Of a DNA stretch of 64,000 bases, positions 20,712 through 30,443 are shown piece by piece; position 1 is the stretch's first letter, and each line of letters begins with the position of its first letter. The position numbers and the translations under genes were made by a program. This DNA is from an uncultured Spirochaetota bacterium (GTDB lineage: Bacteria; Spirochaetota; Spirochaetia; SZUA-6; Fen-1364). The notes under the pieces were generated by a model. The model saw only the letters and a program-made list of their open reading frames with translations. It did not search any database and was not told the DNA's origin. The stretch lies in NCBI GenBank assembly GCA_963820525.1, contig CAWGAA010000003.1:896001-960000 (forward strand), written 5' to 3'.

Positions 20712-20969
20712 CTACACCGCGAAGCTCAGGACGACGAATCCCAGGGTGACCGGAATCCACCAGTAGGTCTTCAGCAAGGGGGATAGGTTCAGGGCTATAA
20801 AAAGGGCTCCCGCGCAGACTAAAACGATGCCGAGCGCGAGGAAAGTCCAGTTCTTGATCGGATTGGATTTCGTCTCGGAGCGTGCTATGCGGCGCTGCGC
20901 CAAGGTCAGGCGGGTGTAGAATATCAGGGCTCCGATAATGGCTGCCACGATTCCGATATCGAGCTTCAT
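20712..20969 (-). CDS. Small hypothetical membrane protein
   Basis: Three hydrophobic segments; GGGAG RBS. Confidence 0.6.
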   Translation of the reverse strand: MKLDIGIVAAIIGALIFYTRLTLAQRRIARSETKSNPIKNWTFLALGIVLVCAGALFIALNLSPLLKTYWWIPVTLGFVVLSFAV

Positions 20970-20999
20970 GCGGCTCCCTATGTACCACAAAAACACCCA

Positions 21000-21875
21000 T
21001 CACGCAACCGTAAAGCCCGGACGCTCCCTCATCATCCAACAGAAACCCGCGAGGGAGTCGGTGCCTGACGTCTCCCCATGGGAACAGGCGGAATCGACCG
21101 CTTCCGCTATTTCATTCTCCGCTGTCGCGCCTGCAAGCCGCTCGACGAACACGCACAGATAGGAAGGGAAGCTTCCCCTCAGGGCCAGCCAGAGCAGCGT
21201 CCGCCCCGCGGGAGTCGTCCCGGGCAGGGAAGCCTCGATTCTCGCAATATCGATGTCGGGCGCGACAGATCCGTGGGCAAGACCGGCGGACCCGGCAAGG
21301 AGAACGCCGGCCAGGAAATCGTCTCCCGCAGGGGTCATACCGGGTCCAAGACCGACGAGCGCCGCCGGCCCACCCATAGCCAGAGCGCGCATCGCCTGCT
21401 TCACATACGCGTTTTGAAAATGCCCCGTGGAGAGCACGCCGAGCAATCCGCCTGGCTTTCCCCCGCGGGAAAGGGTCTGCTCCACGAGGAGTGCCTTCTC
21501 TCCTGAGACAAGGCGCACCGATTCAGGTCTGACAGCGCCTGACCATACTTCACTCAAGGGGAGCGTGATGGGCGCGAGCTCCGATATGAGCAGGCTCGCG
21601 TGTCTGCATACCGCCGGGCGGCCCACAAGAGCCTGGAGGCTTTGCCCGGCGAGCTGCGTGTGCTCGAACACGGACGCGGCGAGGATGCTCATGGCCGTCA
21701 TCGAGCCTACCGCTGCGACCAGGGAAACGAGAAGGCCGTCTTCGCGGACGATATTGAGCGCGCCCGGATGTACGGAGACGACCTTGCCTGACCATGGTCC
21801 GATACCGAGAAAAGCCCCTCGGACAAGGGCTCGATACGTCCGCTGCGGGAGCGCGACTGTCCTCAAATCCGTCAT
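21000..21875 (-). CDS. DUF2877 protein (YlbF/YahE/AllH-like)
   Basis: GLGPGMTPAGDDFLAG and GETSGTD signature motifs. Confidence 0.85.
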   Translation of the reverse strand: MTDLRTVALPQRTYRALVRGAFLGIGPWSGKVVSVHPGALNIVREDGLLVSLVAAVGSMTAMSILAASVFEHTQLAGQSLQALVGRPAVCRHASLLISELAPITLPLSEVWSGAVRPESVRLVSGEKALLVEQTLSRGGKPGGLLGVLSTGHFQNAYVKQAMRALAMGGPAALVGLGPGMTPAGDDFLAGVLLAGSAGLAHGSVAPDIDIARIEASLPGTTPAGRTLLWLALRGSFPSYLCVFVERLAGATAENEIAEAVDSACSHGETSGTDSLAGFCWMMRERPGFTVA

Positions 21876-22054
21876 TCGAATCCCTCGCAATAATACTGGT
21901 TGAGAATGGAAGACCGCAACCCTCACTCCACACAAAAATCCTTGCGTGATTAGTGCTTTGCATATATAATCATTTTTCCTCGCATGGGTTGCAGAAAAAA
22001 GTCAATCGCACACTACAGGCGCTTCGGTCCGCTACACCGCAAAGGAGGAAGTGG

Positions 22055-22894
22055 ATGATTCGATCCTGTGCATATGTCAAACCGCGCGGGTTGGATGAGG
22101 CGTTCGCGGCCCAGCGGCAGGAAGGAGCGCGGCTTCTCGCCGGAGGGACCGATCTTCTGGTCGACATGCGCAAGGGGCTCGAATCCGCCGGACTCCTCGT
22201 GGACACGAAGGGTCTCGAAGAGCTGGACGTGCTCACAATCCATTCGGGGCGGGACGCGACAATCGGCGGAAGGATCACCTTGGATGCCCTTATCGAGGAC
22301 GCGCGGATCCGCGAGATCTTTCCCGTCATCACGGACGCGGCCCAGACCGTCGCTACCTATCAGCTTCGAAACCGCGCGACCCTCGTCGGCAATATCTGTA
22401 ACGCCTCTCCCGCCGCCGACATGGCGCCCCCCCTCTACGTGCTCGCCGCCGAGGTCCTGATCGCCGGGCCCGGGGGCCGGCGGACACTACCGATTCGGGA
22501 GTTCATCACCGGCGTGAAGAAAACCGCGCTCGAGAAAACGGAGCTCGTCATCGGGGTGAAAATTCCGAACCCGGGCTCTGCGCGGACGGCCTTCATGAAG
22601 AAGCAAAGAATCCGGGGGCATGACCTCGCCTCCGTCAACGTCGCGGGGCTTGCGGACAAGGCGGCCGGGATCTTGAGGATCTGCGTAGGAGCCTGCGCCC
22701 CCACCCCGGTTCTCCTGGAGGGAACCGACGAGCTGTACCGCAAGGCCGGGGGGGTCGAAGCGCTGGCGGATCAGGTGGCCGCCCTCGCTCTGAAATCCAT
22801 TGCGCCCATAGACGACGTTCGCTCCTCCGCCGAGTACAGGCGGGACATGGTCCAGGTCTTCGTGAAGCGAATCGTGCGGGCGATCTGTTCCTGA
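22055..22894 (+). CDS. Xanthine dehydrogenase family FAD-binding subunit
   Basis: AGGTDL, QLRNRATLVGN, SPAAD and PIDDVRSSAEYR motifs. Confidence 0.93.
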   Translation: MIRSCAYVKPRGLDEAFAAQRQEGARLLAGGTDLLVDMRKGLESAGLLVDTKGLEELDVLTIHSGRDATIGGRITLDALIEDARIREIFPVITDAAQTVATYQLRNRATLVGNICNASPAADMAPPLYVLAAEVLIAGPGGRRTLPIREFITGVKKTALEKTELVIGVKIPNPGSARTAFMKKQRIRGHDLASVNVAGLADKAAGILRICVGACAPTPVLLEGTDELYRKAGGVEALADQVAALALKSIAPIDDVRSSAEYRRDMVQVFVKRIVRAICS

Positions 22895-22907
22895 GGAGGC
22901 GGACGAA

Positions 22908-23390
22908 ATGGCGGAATATCCAACAGCAATGCAGATTTCACTGACGGTGAACGGAGCGCGCTACACCGAAACCGTTCCCGCCAACATGACGCTATTGCAG
23001 TTCCTCAAGGAGAAGCTCCAACTGTCGGGAACCAAGGAAGGGTGCGGGATCGGGGAGTGCGGGGCGTGCACCGTCATCATGGACGGCAAGCCCGTGGACT
23101 CCTGCCTCGTGCTCGCCGCGGAGGCGGACGGATCCGCCATCCGGACCATCGAGGGGGAAGCGAAGAACGGAGAGCTCTCCGAGCTTCAGAAGGCCTTCCT
23201 CGAGCACGGCGCCGTGCAGTGCGGTTTCTGCACGCCGGGCATGATCATGGCGGCCCAGAGCCTCCTCGAGCACAATCCGAATCCGTCGCGCGAACAGATC
23301 GTGGAATCGATCGCGGGCAACCTCTGCAGGTGCACCGGCTACGAGCCCGTCGTGCGGGCCATCGAAGCCGTGGCGAAGAAGCGGGGATGA
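22908..23390 (+). CDS. Xanthine dehydrogenase family 2Fe-2S subunit
   Basis: GCGIGECGAC, QCGFCTPG and NLCRCTGY motifs. Confidence 0.95.
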   Translation: MAEYPTAMQISLTVNGARYTETVPANMTLLQFLKEKLQLSGTKEGCGIGECGACTVIMDGKPVDSCLVLAAEADGSAIRTIEGEAKNGELSELQKAFLEHGAVQCGFCTPGMIMAAQSLLEHNPNPSREQIVESIAGNLCRCTGYEPVVRAIEAVAKKRG

Positions 23391-23401
23391 GGGAGGCGGG
23401 C

Positions 23402-25777
23402 ATGGGCAGCGAGGAAAAAGAATATACGTATATCGGGAAGGGAATCCCCCGCAAAGACGGCGTCGAGAAGGTGACGGGGAGCGCGCTCTTCACCCACGAC
23501 ATGGTTGTCCAGGGGATGCTCTACGCCAAGACCGTCGTCTCCCCGCACGCATCGGCGCGCATCACGCGCATCGACACGAGCGGTGCGGAAAACATTCCCG
23601 GCGTCCGCGCCGTCCTTACGGGAAAAGAGCTTGCGTACAAGGTCGGGCTCTACATGGTGGACAAGGACATCCTGGCAAAGGAGTTCGTCCGTTACCAGGG
23701 GGAGCCGGTGGCAGCGGTTGCGGCAGACTCCGAGCTCATCGCAGAGGAGGCATGCCGGAGGATCAGGATCGAATACAAGGTCATGAAAGCGGTGCTCGAC
23801 CCGAGGGAGGCCATGAAGCCAGGCGCGCCTCTGGTCCACCCCGATCTGGGCAGCTACGCCTGCATGAAGGGCGTCTTTTTCCCGCGCGCGGGAACGAACA
23901 TCCCGCACCTCCAGAAGATCAGGAAGGGAGACGTGGAGGAAGGCTTCAAGAAGGCGGATTCCGTTTTCGAAAACTCCTTCTACAACCCGCCGGTCCAGCA
24001 CGTTGCGCTGGAGACCCATGTCAGCATCGTGCAGGCCCTTCCGGGCGACAAAGTGATCGTTTGGAGCTCCGCGCAGTCCCCGTTCACGGTGAGAAGTCTC
24101 TTCTCCCTCTGCTTTGGAATACCCCTGGAGAACATCCGGGTCAAAGTCCCTTACGTCGGCGGCGGATTCGGCGGGAAAGCGGGGATCCACCTCGAGCCGC
24201 TCTGCTACGTGCTTTCCAAAAAGGCGGGGGGAAGACCGGTGAAGCTCACCATGACGCGGGAGGAGGAGTTCAACACCATGCCCTCGCGCCAGGGCCTGTT
24301 CTCACAGTTCAAGACGGGCGTGACAAAGGAGGGGAAGCTCACAGCGCTGGAGGTGACCTACTATTGGGACGCCGGAGCATACGCGGATTACGGGGTCAAT
24401 ATCGGGCGGGCCGGCGCATACGCGGGCGCCGGGCCGTACGAGCTTCCGGCCTGTAAAATAGACTCCTACATCGTGTACACGAACAAGGTGTTCGGCACCG
24501 CGTATCGCGGGTTCGGCCACCTCGAGGTTCTCTGGGGCATCGAGCGGAACATGGACATCATTGCGCGGCAGCTCAAGATGGATCCCGTGGAGTTCCGTCT
24601 GAAGAACGTCCTCAGGCCGGGGGCCACCACGATCACGGGAGAGAAGATCCGTGACTACTACGGGAAGGTGGACAAGTGCCTGGAGGCGGTGGCCCGGGAG
24701 ATCGGGTGGCACGGACCGAAGAGCGATGAGGAAAGGCGGCAGGGGAGGAAAAGCGGCAAGGCTCGCGGAATCGGCGTGGCCCTGCTCCACAAGGCCCCCG
24801 CCATGCCCACCTTCACCTCGTGCGCCGTGGTATTGAAGTTCAATGAGAACGGATCTGTGGACCTTCTCACCTCTCTGGTGGACTTCGGACAGGGCACCTA
24901 CACGGCGCTGGCCCAGATCGCGGCAGAAGAGCTCAAGATTCCCGTGGAGAAGGTCAACGTTCCATGGGATAGCGACACCTCCTTCACGCCGTACGACTGG
25001 CAAACCGTGGCGAGCAAGGGGTCCTTCATGGCGGGAAACGCGACCATTCTCGCCGCGGCCGATTGCATTACCCAGATCAAGCAGACCGCCGCGCAGGTGC
25101 TGCGCTGCACTCCGGAAGAGCTGGAATGCAAGGACGAGCGGGTGTTCCTCCGTCACAATCATGAGGCCTTCCTTTCGTACCGGCAGGTCATCACGGGGTA
25201 CACGTACCCTAATGGCAACTCCATCGGCGGACCCGTCATCGGCAGGGGAAACTACATCGCCCAGGGCCTCACGAACCTGGACCCGGAAACAGGCCAGGGG
25301 CTGCCCGCCCTTGACTGGACCTACGGGGCGCACGCGGTGGAGCTCGAGGTGGACACGGAAACCGGGGAGATCGAGCTTTTAAAAATATGCTCGGCGTTCG
25401 ACGCGGGCAAGGTCCTCAACAGCGACATCGTGAAGGGCCAGATCATCGGCGGGGTGGTCCAGGGCCTGGGAAGCGCGATGATCGAGGAGTTCCGCTTCGA
25501 CGGCGAAGGCCGCTTCCTGAATCCCACTTTTGTCGACTACAAGATTTTCACCTCCAAGGACATCCCCCGGGAGATGACCCAGACGATAATCGAGACGGCC
25601 CAGGTGGACGGACCCTATGGGGCGCGCGGAGTGGCGGAGCATCCTATGATCTCGGTCCCCTCGGCCGTGGGCAATGCCCTCTACGACGCGCTGGGCATCG
25701 ATTTCTTCCGCCTGCCCCTGAGCTCCGAGCGGGTCTATTTGGGGCTCAAGAGCGGGGAAAAGGAATTTCACGAGTAA
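23402..25777 (+). CDS. Xanthine dehydrogenase family molybdopterin-binding subunit
   Basis: GGGFGGK, AYRGFG, GQG, GQIIGG..QG and GVAE motifs; GGAGG RBS. Confidence 0.95.
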   Translation: MGSEEKEYTYIGKGIPRKDGVEKVTGSALFTHDMVVQGMLYAKTVVSPHASARITRIDTSGAENIPGVRAVLTGKELAYKVGLYMVDKDILAKEFVRYQGEPVAAVAADSELIAEEACRRIRIEYKVMKAVLDPREAMKPGAPLVHPDLGSYACMKGVFFPRAGTNIPHLQKIRKGDVEEGFKKADSVFENSFYNPPVQHVALETHVSIVQALPGDKVIVWSSAQSPFTVRSLFSLCFGIPLENIRVKVPYVGGGFGGKAGIHLEPLCYVLSKKAGGRPVKLTMTREEEFNTMPSRQGLFSQFKTGVTKEGKLTALEVTYYWDAGAYADYGVNIGRAGAYAGAGPYELPACKIDSYIVYTNKVFGTAYRGFGHLEVLWGIERNMDIIARQLKMDPVEFRLKNVLRPGATTITGEKIRDYYGKVDKCLEAVAREIGWHGPKSDEERRQGRKSGKARGIGVALLHKAPAMPTFTSCAVVLKFNENGSVDLLTSLVDFGQGTYTALAQIAAEELKIPVEKVNVPWDSDTSFTPYDWQTVASKGSFMAGNATILAAADCITQIKQTAAQVLRCTPEELECKDERVFLRHNHEAFLSYRQVITGYTYPNGNSIGGPVIGRGNYIAQGLTNLDPETGQGLPALDWTYGAHAVELEVDTETGEIELLKICSAFDAGKVLNSDIVKGQIIGGVVQGLGSAMIEEFRFDGEGRFLNPTFVDYKIFTSKDIPREMTQTIIETAQVDGPYGARGVAEHPMISVPSAVGNALYDALGIDFFRLPLSSERVYLGLKSGEKEFHE

Positions 25778-25783
25778 AGCCGG

Positions 25784-27349
25784 ATGGAGGACCAGGTGAA
25801 AAAGGTATTCGTGGAGAAGGACTCGTACCACGATTCGGTCTTCCTCATGCTGACAAGCAAAGAGGTCAAGGGTTTCCACGGGGTCAGCGAGGCGGTCGTC
25901 GTCATGGCCACCGAAATGAATCTCGATCTCCTGTCAAGGTTGGGATTCGCCGCCTCCGAAACCGAGGGCGCGACGCCGAACGACCTTGTCATCGGGGTGA
26001 TCGGGGATTCAGAGGAGACGGTGTCCGGTGCGATTCTTGCCGCCCGGCAACTGCTCGGTCGGAAAAGGAGCGAGACCGCTGGAAAGGGCGAGCGTCGTCC
26101 CGCGAGTCTCGATGCGGCGCTCCGCGAGGTACCGGAGGCGAACCTCGCCGTCATCTCGCTCCCCGGAGAGTATGCGGCCCGAGAAGCTTACAAGGCCCTT
26201 CGAAGGGGCCTTCACGTGATGCTCTTTTCTGACAATGTATCCATCGAGGATGAGATACGCCTGAAGAAGCTGGCTTGCGAAGAGGGCCTCCTGGTCATGG
26301 GGCCCGACTGTGGAACGGCGATACTCAACGGAAAACCGATCTGCTTCGCGAACGTGGTCCGGCGCGGAAACATCGGCGTCGTGGCTGCGGCGGGAACCGG
26401 CCTCCAGGAGATCACCTGCTGCATCGACAGGCTCGGGGGCGGGATCTCGCAGGCGATCGGAACGGGCGGCCGGGATTGCGCCGACGTCAGGGTGGGCGGC
26501 GCGACCATGCTGATGGGCATCGAGGCCCTGTCGAGAGATCCCGGCACCGCAGTGATCGCGGTCGTCTCCAAACCCCCGGCCGCGGAGGTCGCCGAGAGGG
26601 TCCTCGAAGCACTGGGCCGGTCGGGCAAACCGAGCGTGGTCGATTTCATCGGGATGAGAGGGCGCAAGGGAACCGAGACCCTCTCCTTTGCGGAAAGCCT
26701 GGAAGAGGCGGCGGGCATGGCCGTGGCATCCTCCTCGGGAAAAGCCTACACGCCTCACACATTCGATCTCTCCAAGACTGAGGTCGCGCGCCTGATCCGC
26801 AGGGAGACTTCATCGATGGCGAAGAGCCAGAGGTTCCTTCGAGGGTTGTTCACGGGAGGCACGCTGGCCGACGAGGCGCTGTACCTCCTCGATGAGGAGC
26901 TGGGCGGGATCCATTCCAACGTTCAGAAGAAGAAGGCCTTGATTCTGAAAGACCCCCGCTCCTCGCGGGGGCACACCATCGTGGACCTCGGCGACGACGC
27001 GTTCACCGTGGGCCGTCCCCACCCCATGATCGATCCATCGCTGCGCGAAGAACGCATCGCGAGGGAGGCCGAAGACCCCGAGGTTGCAGTCCTGCTGCTC
27101 GACGTCGTGCTCGGCTACGGTTCCCACCCGAATCCGGCAGGAGCCGTGATCGAGTGCGTGAAAAAGGCGAAGTCCGCGGCGGCATCTCGAGGCGGATACC
27201 TCGCCGTCATCGCATCGATCACCGGCACCGCGGGGGATTTCCAGGACATGGCCGCCCAAAGGCTGATTCTGGAACAAGCGGGATGCGTGGTCATGCCCTC
27301 GAACTGCCAGGCCGCGATGCTCAGCCTGAAGATCCTCACGGGAAGGTGA
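25784..27349 (+). CDS. fdrA: FdrA/YahF family CoA-ligase-fold protein (AllF-like)
   Basis: YHDSVFLM, FSDNV, MGPDCGT, GTGGRD, GGTL and GRPHPMIDP motifs. Confidence 0.9.
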   Translation: MEDQVKKVFVEKDSYHDSVFLMLTSKEVKGFHGVSEAVVVMATEMNLDLLSRLGFAASETEGATPNDLVIGVIGDSEETVSGAILAARQLLGRKRSETAGKGERRPASLDAALREVPEANLAVISLPGEYAAREAYKALRRGLHVMLFSDNVSIEDEIRLKKLACEEGLLVMGPDCGTAILNGKPICFANVVRRGNIGVVAAAGTGLQEITCCIDRLGGGISQAIGTGGRDCADVRVGGATMLMGIEALSRDPGTAVIAVVSKPPAAEVAERVLEALGRSGKPSVVDFIGMRGRKGTETLSFAESLEEAAGMAVASSSGKAYTPHTFDLSKTEVARLIRRETSSMAKSQRFLRGLFTGGTLADEALYLLDEELGGIHSNVQKKKALILKDPRSSRGHTIVDLGDDAFTVGRPHPMIDPSLREERIAREAEDPEVAVLLLDVVLGYGSHPNPAGAVIECVKKAKSAAASRGGYLAVIASITGTAGDFQDMAAQRLILEQAGCVVMPSNCQAAMLSLKILTGR

Positions 27350-27356
27350 TGCTGCT

Positions 27357-28784
27357 ATGAACGTCGGGAAGGTCAACGAGCTGTTCCGTAGCGGGCTGTC
27401 CGTGGTCAACATGGGACTGGACGGGTTCGCGGAGGATCTCGCGCGCCAGGGGGTTCGGGTGGTCAGGGTCGACTGGAAGCCGCCTGCGGGAGGGAACAGG
27501 CGCATCGCGGAGATTCTTTTGCGGCTCGATGCGGGCGCGAGCGCGGACATCCGTTCGGCGAACGAGGAGGCGGCGGGGCGCATCCTGAAAGGCAGGCCGA
27601 CGCTGATCGACATCGGCCGTGCCCTCGATGTCATCCCCGCAATGAGCAGGAAGACCGTTCTTCACGCGGGACCGCCGGTGAGCTGGCAGCGGATGTGCGG
27701 CCCCATGAAGGGAGCCGTCATCGGGGGGCTCCTCTACGAAGGGCTCGCGTCCACGCGGGAAGAGGCCGAGAGACTGGCCTCCTCCGGCGGGATCGAGCTC
27801 AGCCCGTGCCACCATCACTCCAGCGTCGGTCCCATGGCCGGGGTCGTGACGGCCGGCATGCCCGTGTGGGTGATGGAGAACAGGACCTACGGAAACCGGG
27901 CCTACTGTACGTTGAACGAGGGGTTGGGCAGGGCCCTCCGCTATGGGGCATTTTCCGAGGAGGTGATCGCGCGGTTGAAGTGGATGGAAACCGAGCTCGC
28001 CCCCATTCTCAAGAAGGCGCTGGCTCTCCACGGCGAGCTCGACATGAAGAACCTGATCGCGCAGGTGCTCCAGATGGGAGACGAAGGCCACAACAGAAAC
28101 CGGGCGGGCACGTCCCTGTTCATCCGCGAGATGGCCCCCCATCTGGCGATGCTGGGCGAGGATCCCGAGAAGATCGCACGGGTGTTCAGGTTCATGAACG
28201 GCAACGATCACTTCTTCCTCAACCTCTCGATGCCGTCCTGCAAGTGCACGGCGGACGCGGCGGCGAACATCCCCGGCAGCTCCGTGATCGTGACCATGGC
28301 GAGGAACGGCACCGACTTCGGAATCCGCGTATCCGGACTGGGAGATGAGTGGTTCACCGGCCCGGCCTCGATGGTGGACGGCCTCTACCTTCCCGGCTTC
28401 ACCGCCGCCGACGCGGCGCCCGACATTGGGGATTCCGTGATCACCGAGACCTGCGGGATCGGGGGTTTCGCCATGGCAGCGGCGCCCGCCATCGTCAAGT
28501 TCGTCGGGGGAAAACCCGAGGATGCCCTGAACATCACGCGCCGCATGTACGAGATCACCCTCACGGAGAACGACACCTATCGGATCCCCGCGCTGGATTT
28601 CCGCGGCACTCCCACGGCCATCGACCTGCTGAAGGTGGTGGAAACCGGCATCCTTCCCGCCATCAACACGGGGATCGCGCACAAGGAACCGGGGATCGGC
28701 ATGGTGGGCGCCGGGCTGGTGAAGCCCCCCGTGAAGTGTTTCCACGACGCCGTAGAGGCGTTTGCCCGGAGATACGCCCGATAG
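27357..28784 (+). CDS. DUF1116 protein (YlbE/YahG/AllG-like)
   Basis: LHAGPP, GPMAG, MGDEGHNRN, NDHFFLN, DIGDS and INTGIAH motifs. Confidence 0.9.
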   Translation: MNVGKVNELFRSGLSVVNMGLDGFAEDLARQGVRVVRVDWKPPAGGNRRIAEILLRLDAGASADIRSANEEAAGRILKGRPTLIDIGRALDVIPAMSRKTVLHAGPPVSWQRMCGPMKGAVIGGLLYEGLASTREEAERLASSGGIELSPCHHHSSVGPMAGVVTAGMPVWVMENRTYGNRAYCTLNEGLGRALRYGAFSEEVIARLKWMETELAPILKKALALHGELDMKNLIAQVLQMGDEGHNRNRAGTSLFIREMAPHLAMLGEDPEKIARVFRFMNGNDHFFLNLSMPSCKCTADAAANIPGSSVIVTMARNGTDFGIRVSGLGDEWFTGPASMVDGLYLPGFTAADAAPDIGDSVITETCGIGGFAMAAAPAIVKFVGGKPEDALNITRRMYEITLTENDTYRIPALDFRGTPTAIDLLKVVETGILPAINTGIAHKEPGIGMVGAGLVKPPVKCFHDAVEAFARRYAR

Positions 28785-28834
28785 GGGCGCCGGCGCCTCG
28801 CCCGGCGTCGGTCCCAAGAAAAGGAGGCAGCACA

Positions 28835-29717
28835 ATGAAGTTCGTCGATCTCACGATCCCCCTCGGCATCGGGACTCCCCCATGGCCCACGTATATCCCT
28901 CTCCAGGTGCAGTATTTCAAGCGGCAGGCGCCGAACGGCGCCAACGGGCAGGTGGTCACCCACTCCAACCACGTGGGGCACCCACCTCGACGGGGAGATC
29001 CACTTCTACACCCCGGGCAAGGACATCGCCAGCCTCTCCCTCGATTTCCTCGTCCACGAAGGCGCGGTGGTGGATCTCTCGGACTGCGCGGCGGACTACG
29101 ACGTGTACACCTCGCGTCAGGTCGAGGAGCGGGTCGAGGTGAGGGAGGGCGACATCCTCATCATCCACACCGGTTTCCATCACTACGGATGGGACCAGCC
29201 GACCGCGGACGAGGTCCGCTACATGGTGAAGCACCCGGGACCGGACCGCGAGTTCGCCGAGTGGGCGAAGCGGAAGAAGCTGCGGTGGATCGGGGTGGAC
29301 TGCGGGAGCGCGGACCATCCCATGAACACGAAGATCCGCGAGTGGATGCCCCGGGAGGCGGCGGAGTGCGACGCCCACTTCAAGAAGAGCTTCGGGAAGG
29401 GCTTGAAGGAGTTCTTCAGCGACGACAAGTACCAGCTCATGCACATCGAGATGTTCAACAAGGGCCTCATCCACGCGGAGTGCGTGGGAGGGGACATCGA
29501 TCTCCTCCTCAACACGCGTTGCACCGTGGGGTGCTTTCCCTGGCGCTTCGTGGACGGCGAGTCGTGCATTTCCCGGATCGTAGCCATGGTGGAGGATAGC
29601 CGCTACGAGGAGCTGATGAAGAAAAAGGCGAAGGCAAAGCTCACGAAGTTCGGGGACGTCGCCGGCGCCGAGAATCCCTGGCTTCACGACGAGGCGAAAA
29701 AACGCGGGAGAACCTAG
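28835..29717 (+). CDS. Cyclase family metal amidohydrolase (kynurenine formamidase-like) with an apparent +1 frameshift near 28977
   Basis: MKFVDLTIP...HSNHVG joins THLDGEIHF after removing one G from GTGGGGCACC, which restores the HxGTHxD motif. HTG and GVDCGSADHP follow. Confidence 0.85.
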
Positions 29718-29747
29718 CCTCGCGACATCAAAGGCACGGAGGGAATC

Positions 29748-30443
29748 ATGGCAATCGACGAGATGGAAAAAAAACTGCGGCCGCCCGAGCTCGAGATGAA
29801 GGGCTATCCGCCCAAGGTGATCACCCTGGCGAGCGGGCAGAAGATGGTGGTGCGCGAGGCCAAGAGAAGCGAGATCGGCGTTCTCCTGGGCTCGATCTAT
29901 CCCCTCCTGGGCGCGCCCAAGGATTTCTACGATCTGGTCGCCGCGCGGATCTATGGAGAGCTCCTCTCATGGTACCGTTACCGCGTGGTGAACGAGTTCG
30001 TTCTGGTGGGCGCCATTGACGGGGTCGTGGCCGGGATGGTAAACAGCAGGATGGTCGACGCGCGGATCGGCATGAGCTACCACACCATCGCGATCGAGCG
30101 GGGCCTGCGGGTCGGGGCGCAACTGTTCGCCGCGAAGATGGAGCACCACCTGGAGATACTGCAGCAGGAAGAGGTGTGGATCGTGGCGGAAAGCCCGATC
30201 GGGTTCAAGAGGTGGATGATCGAGTACGAGCTTGAAAACCGCGAAAGCCAATTTCCCGCGGTCCGCCACGAGCTGGGCGGAGTCCCCACCTACGTGTTGA
30301 CCCGCACGCTCTACGACGCGGTGAGGAGCCAGAAAGTGACCGGCACCCGCCCCGTGGATCCGGCCGTGCTCGCCACCGCCGACAAGCTGAAGCTGCCCGA
30401 GGAGTACCCGCAGCTTCCCGGCTACAAGAGGGAGAAATCATGA
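29748..30443 (+). CDS. GNAT-fold protein with malonyl-CoA-decarboxylase-like motifs
   Basis: RGLRVG CoA-binding-like loop and ESPIGFKRW; sits in the operon with ATGA coupling to the thiolase. Confidence 0.6.
   Translation: MAIDEMEKKLRPPELEMKGYPPKVITLASGQKMVVREAKRSEIGVLLGSIYPLLGAPKDFYDLVAARIYGELLSWYRYRVVNEFVLVGAIDGVVAGMVNSRMVDARIGMSYHTIAIERGLRVGAQLFAAKMEHHLEILQQEEVWIVAESPIGFKRWMIEYELENRESQFPAVRHELGGVPTYVLTRTLYDAVRSQKVTGTRPVDPAVLATADKLKLPEEYPQLPGYKREKS

Noticed and set aside
23042..23401. Long N-terminal extensions from the ORF track (also at 3622, 37074, 42820, 50828, 55308)
   Set aside because: They overlap upstream genes or non-coding DNA; downstream ATGs with an RBS or stop-start coupling fit better.
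22055..25777. Aerobic CO dehydrogenase (coxMSL) or canonical xdhABC
   Set aside because: The loop is AYRGFG, not AYxCSFR or AYRGAGR, and the Glu802 equivalent is absent, so the substrate is left open.
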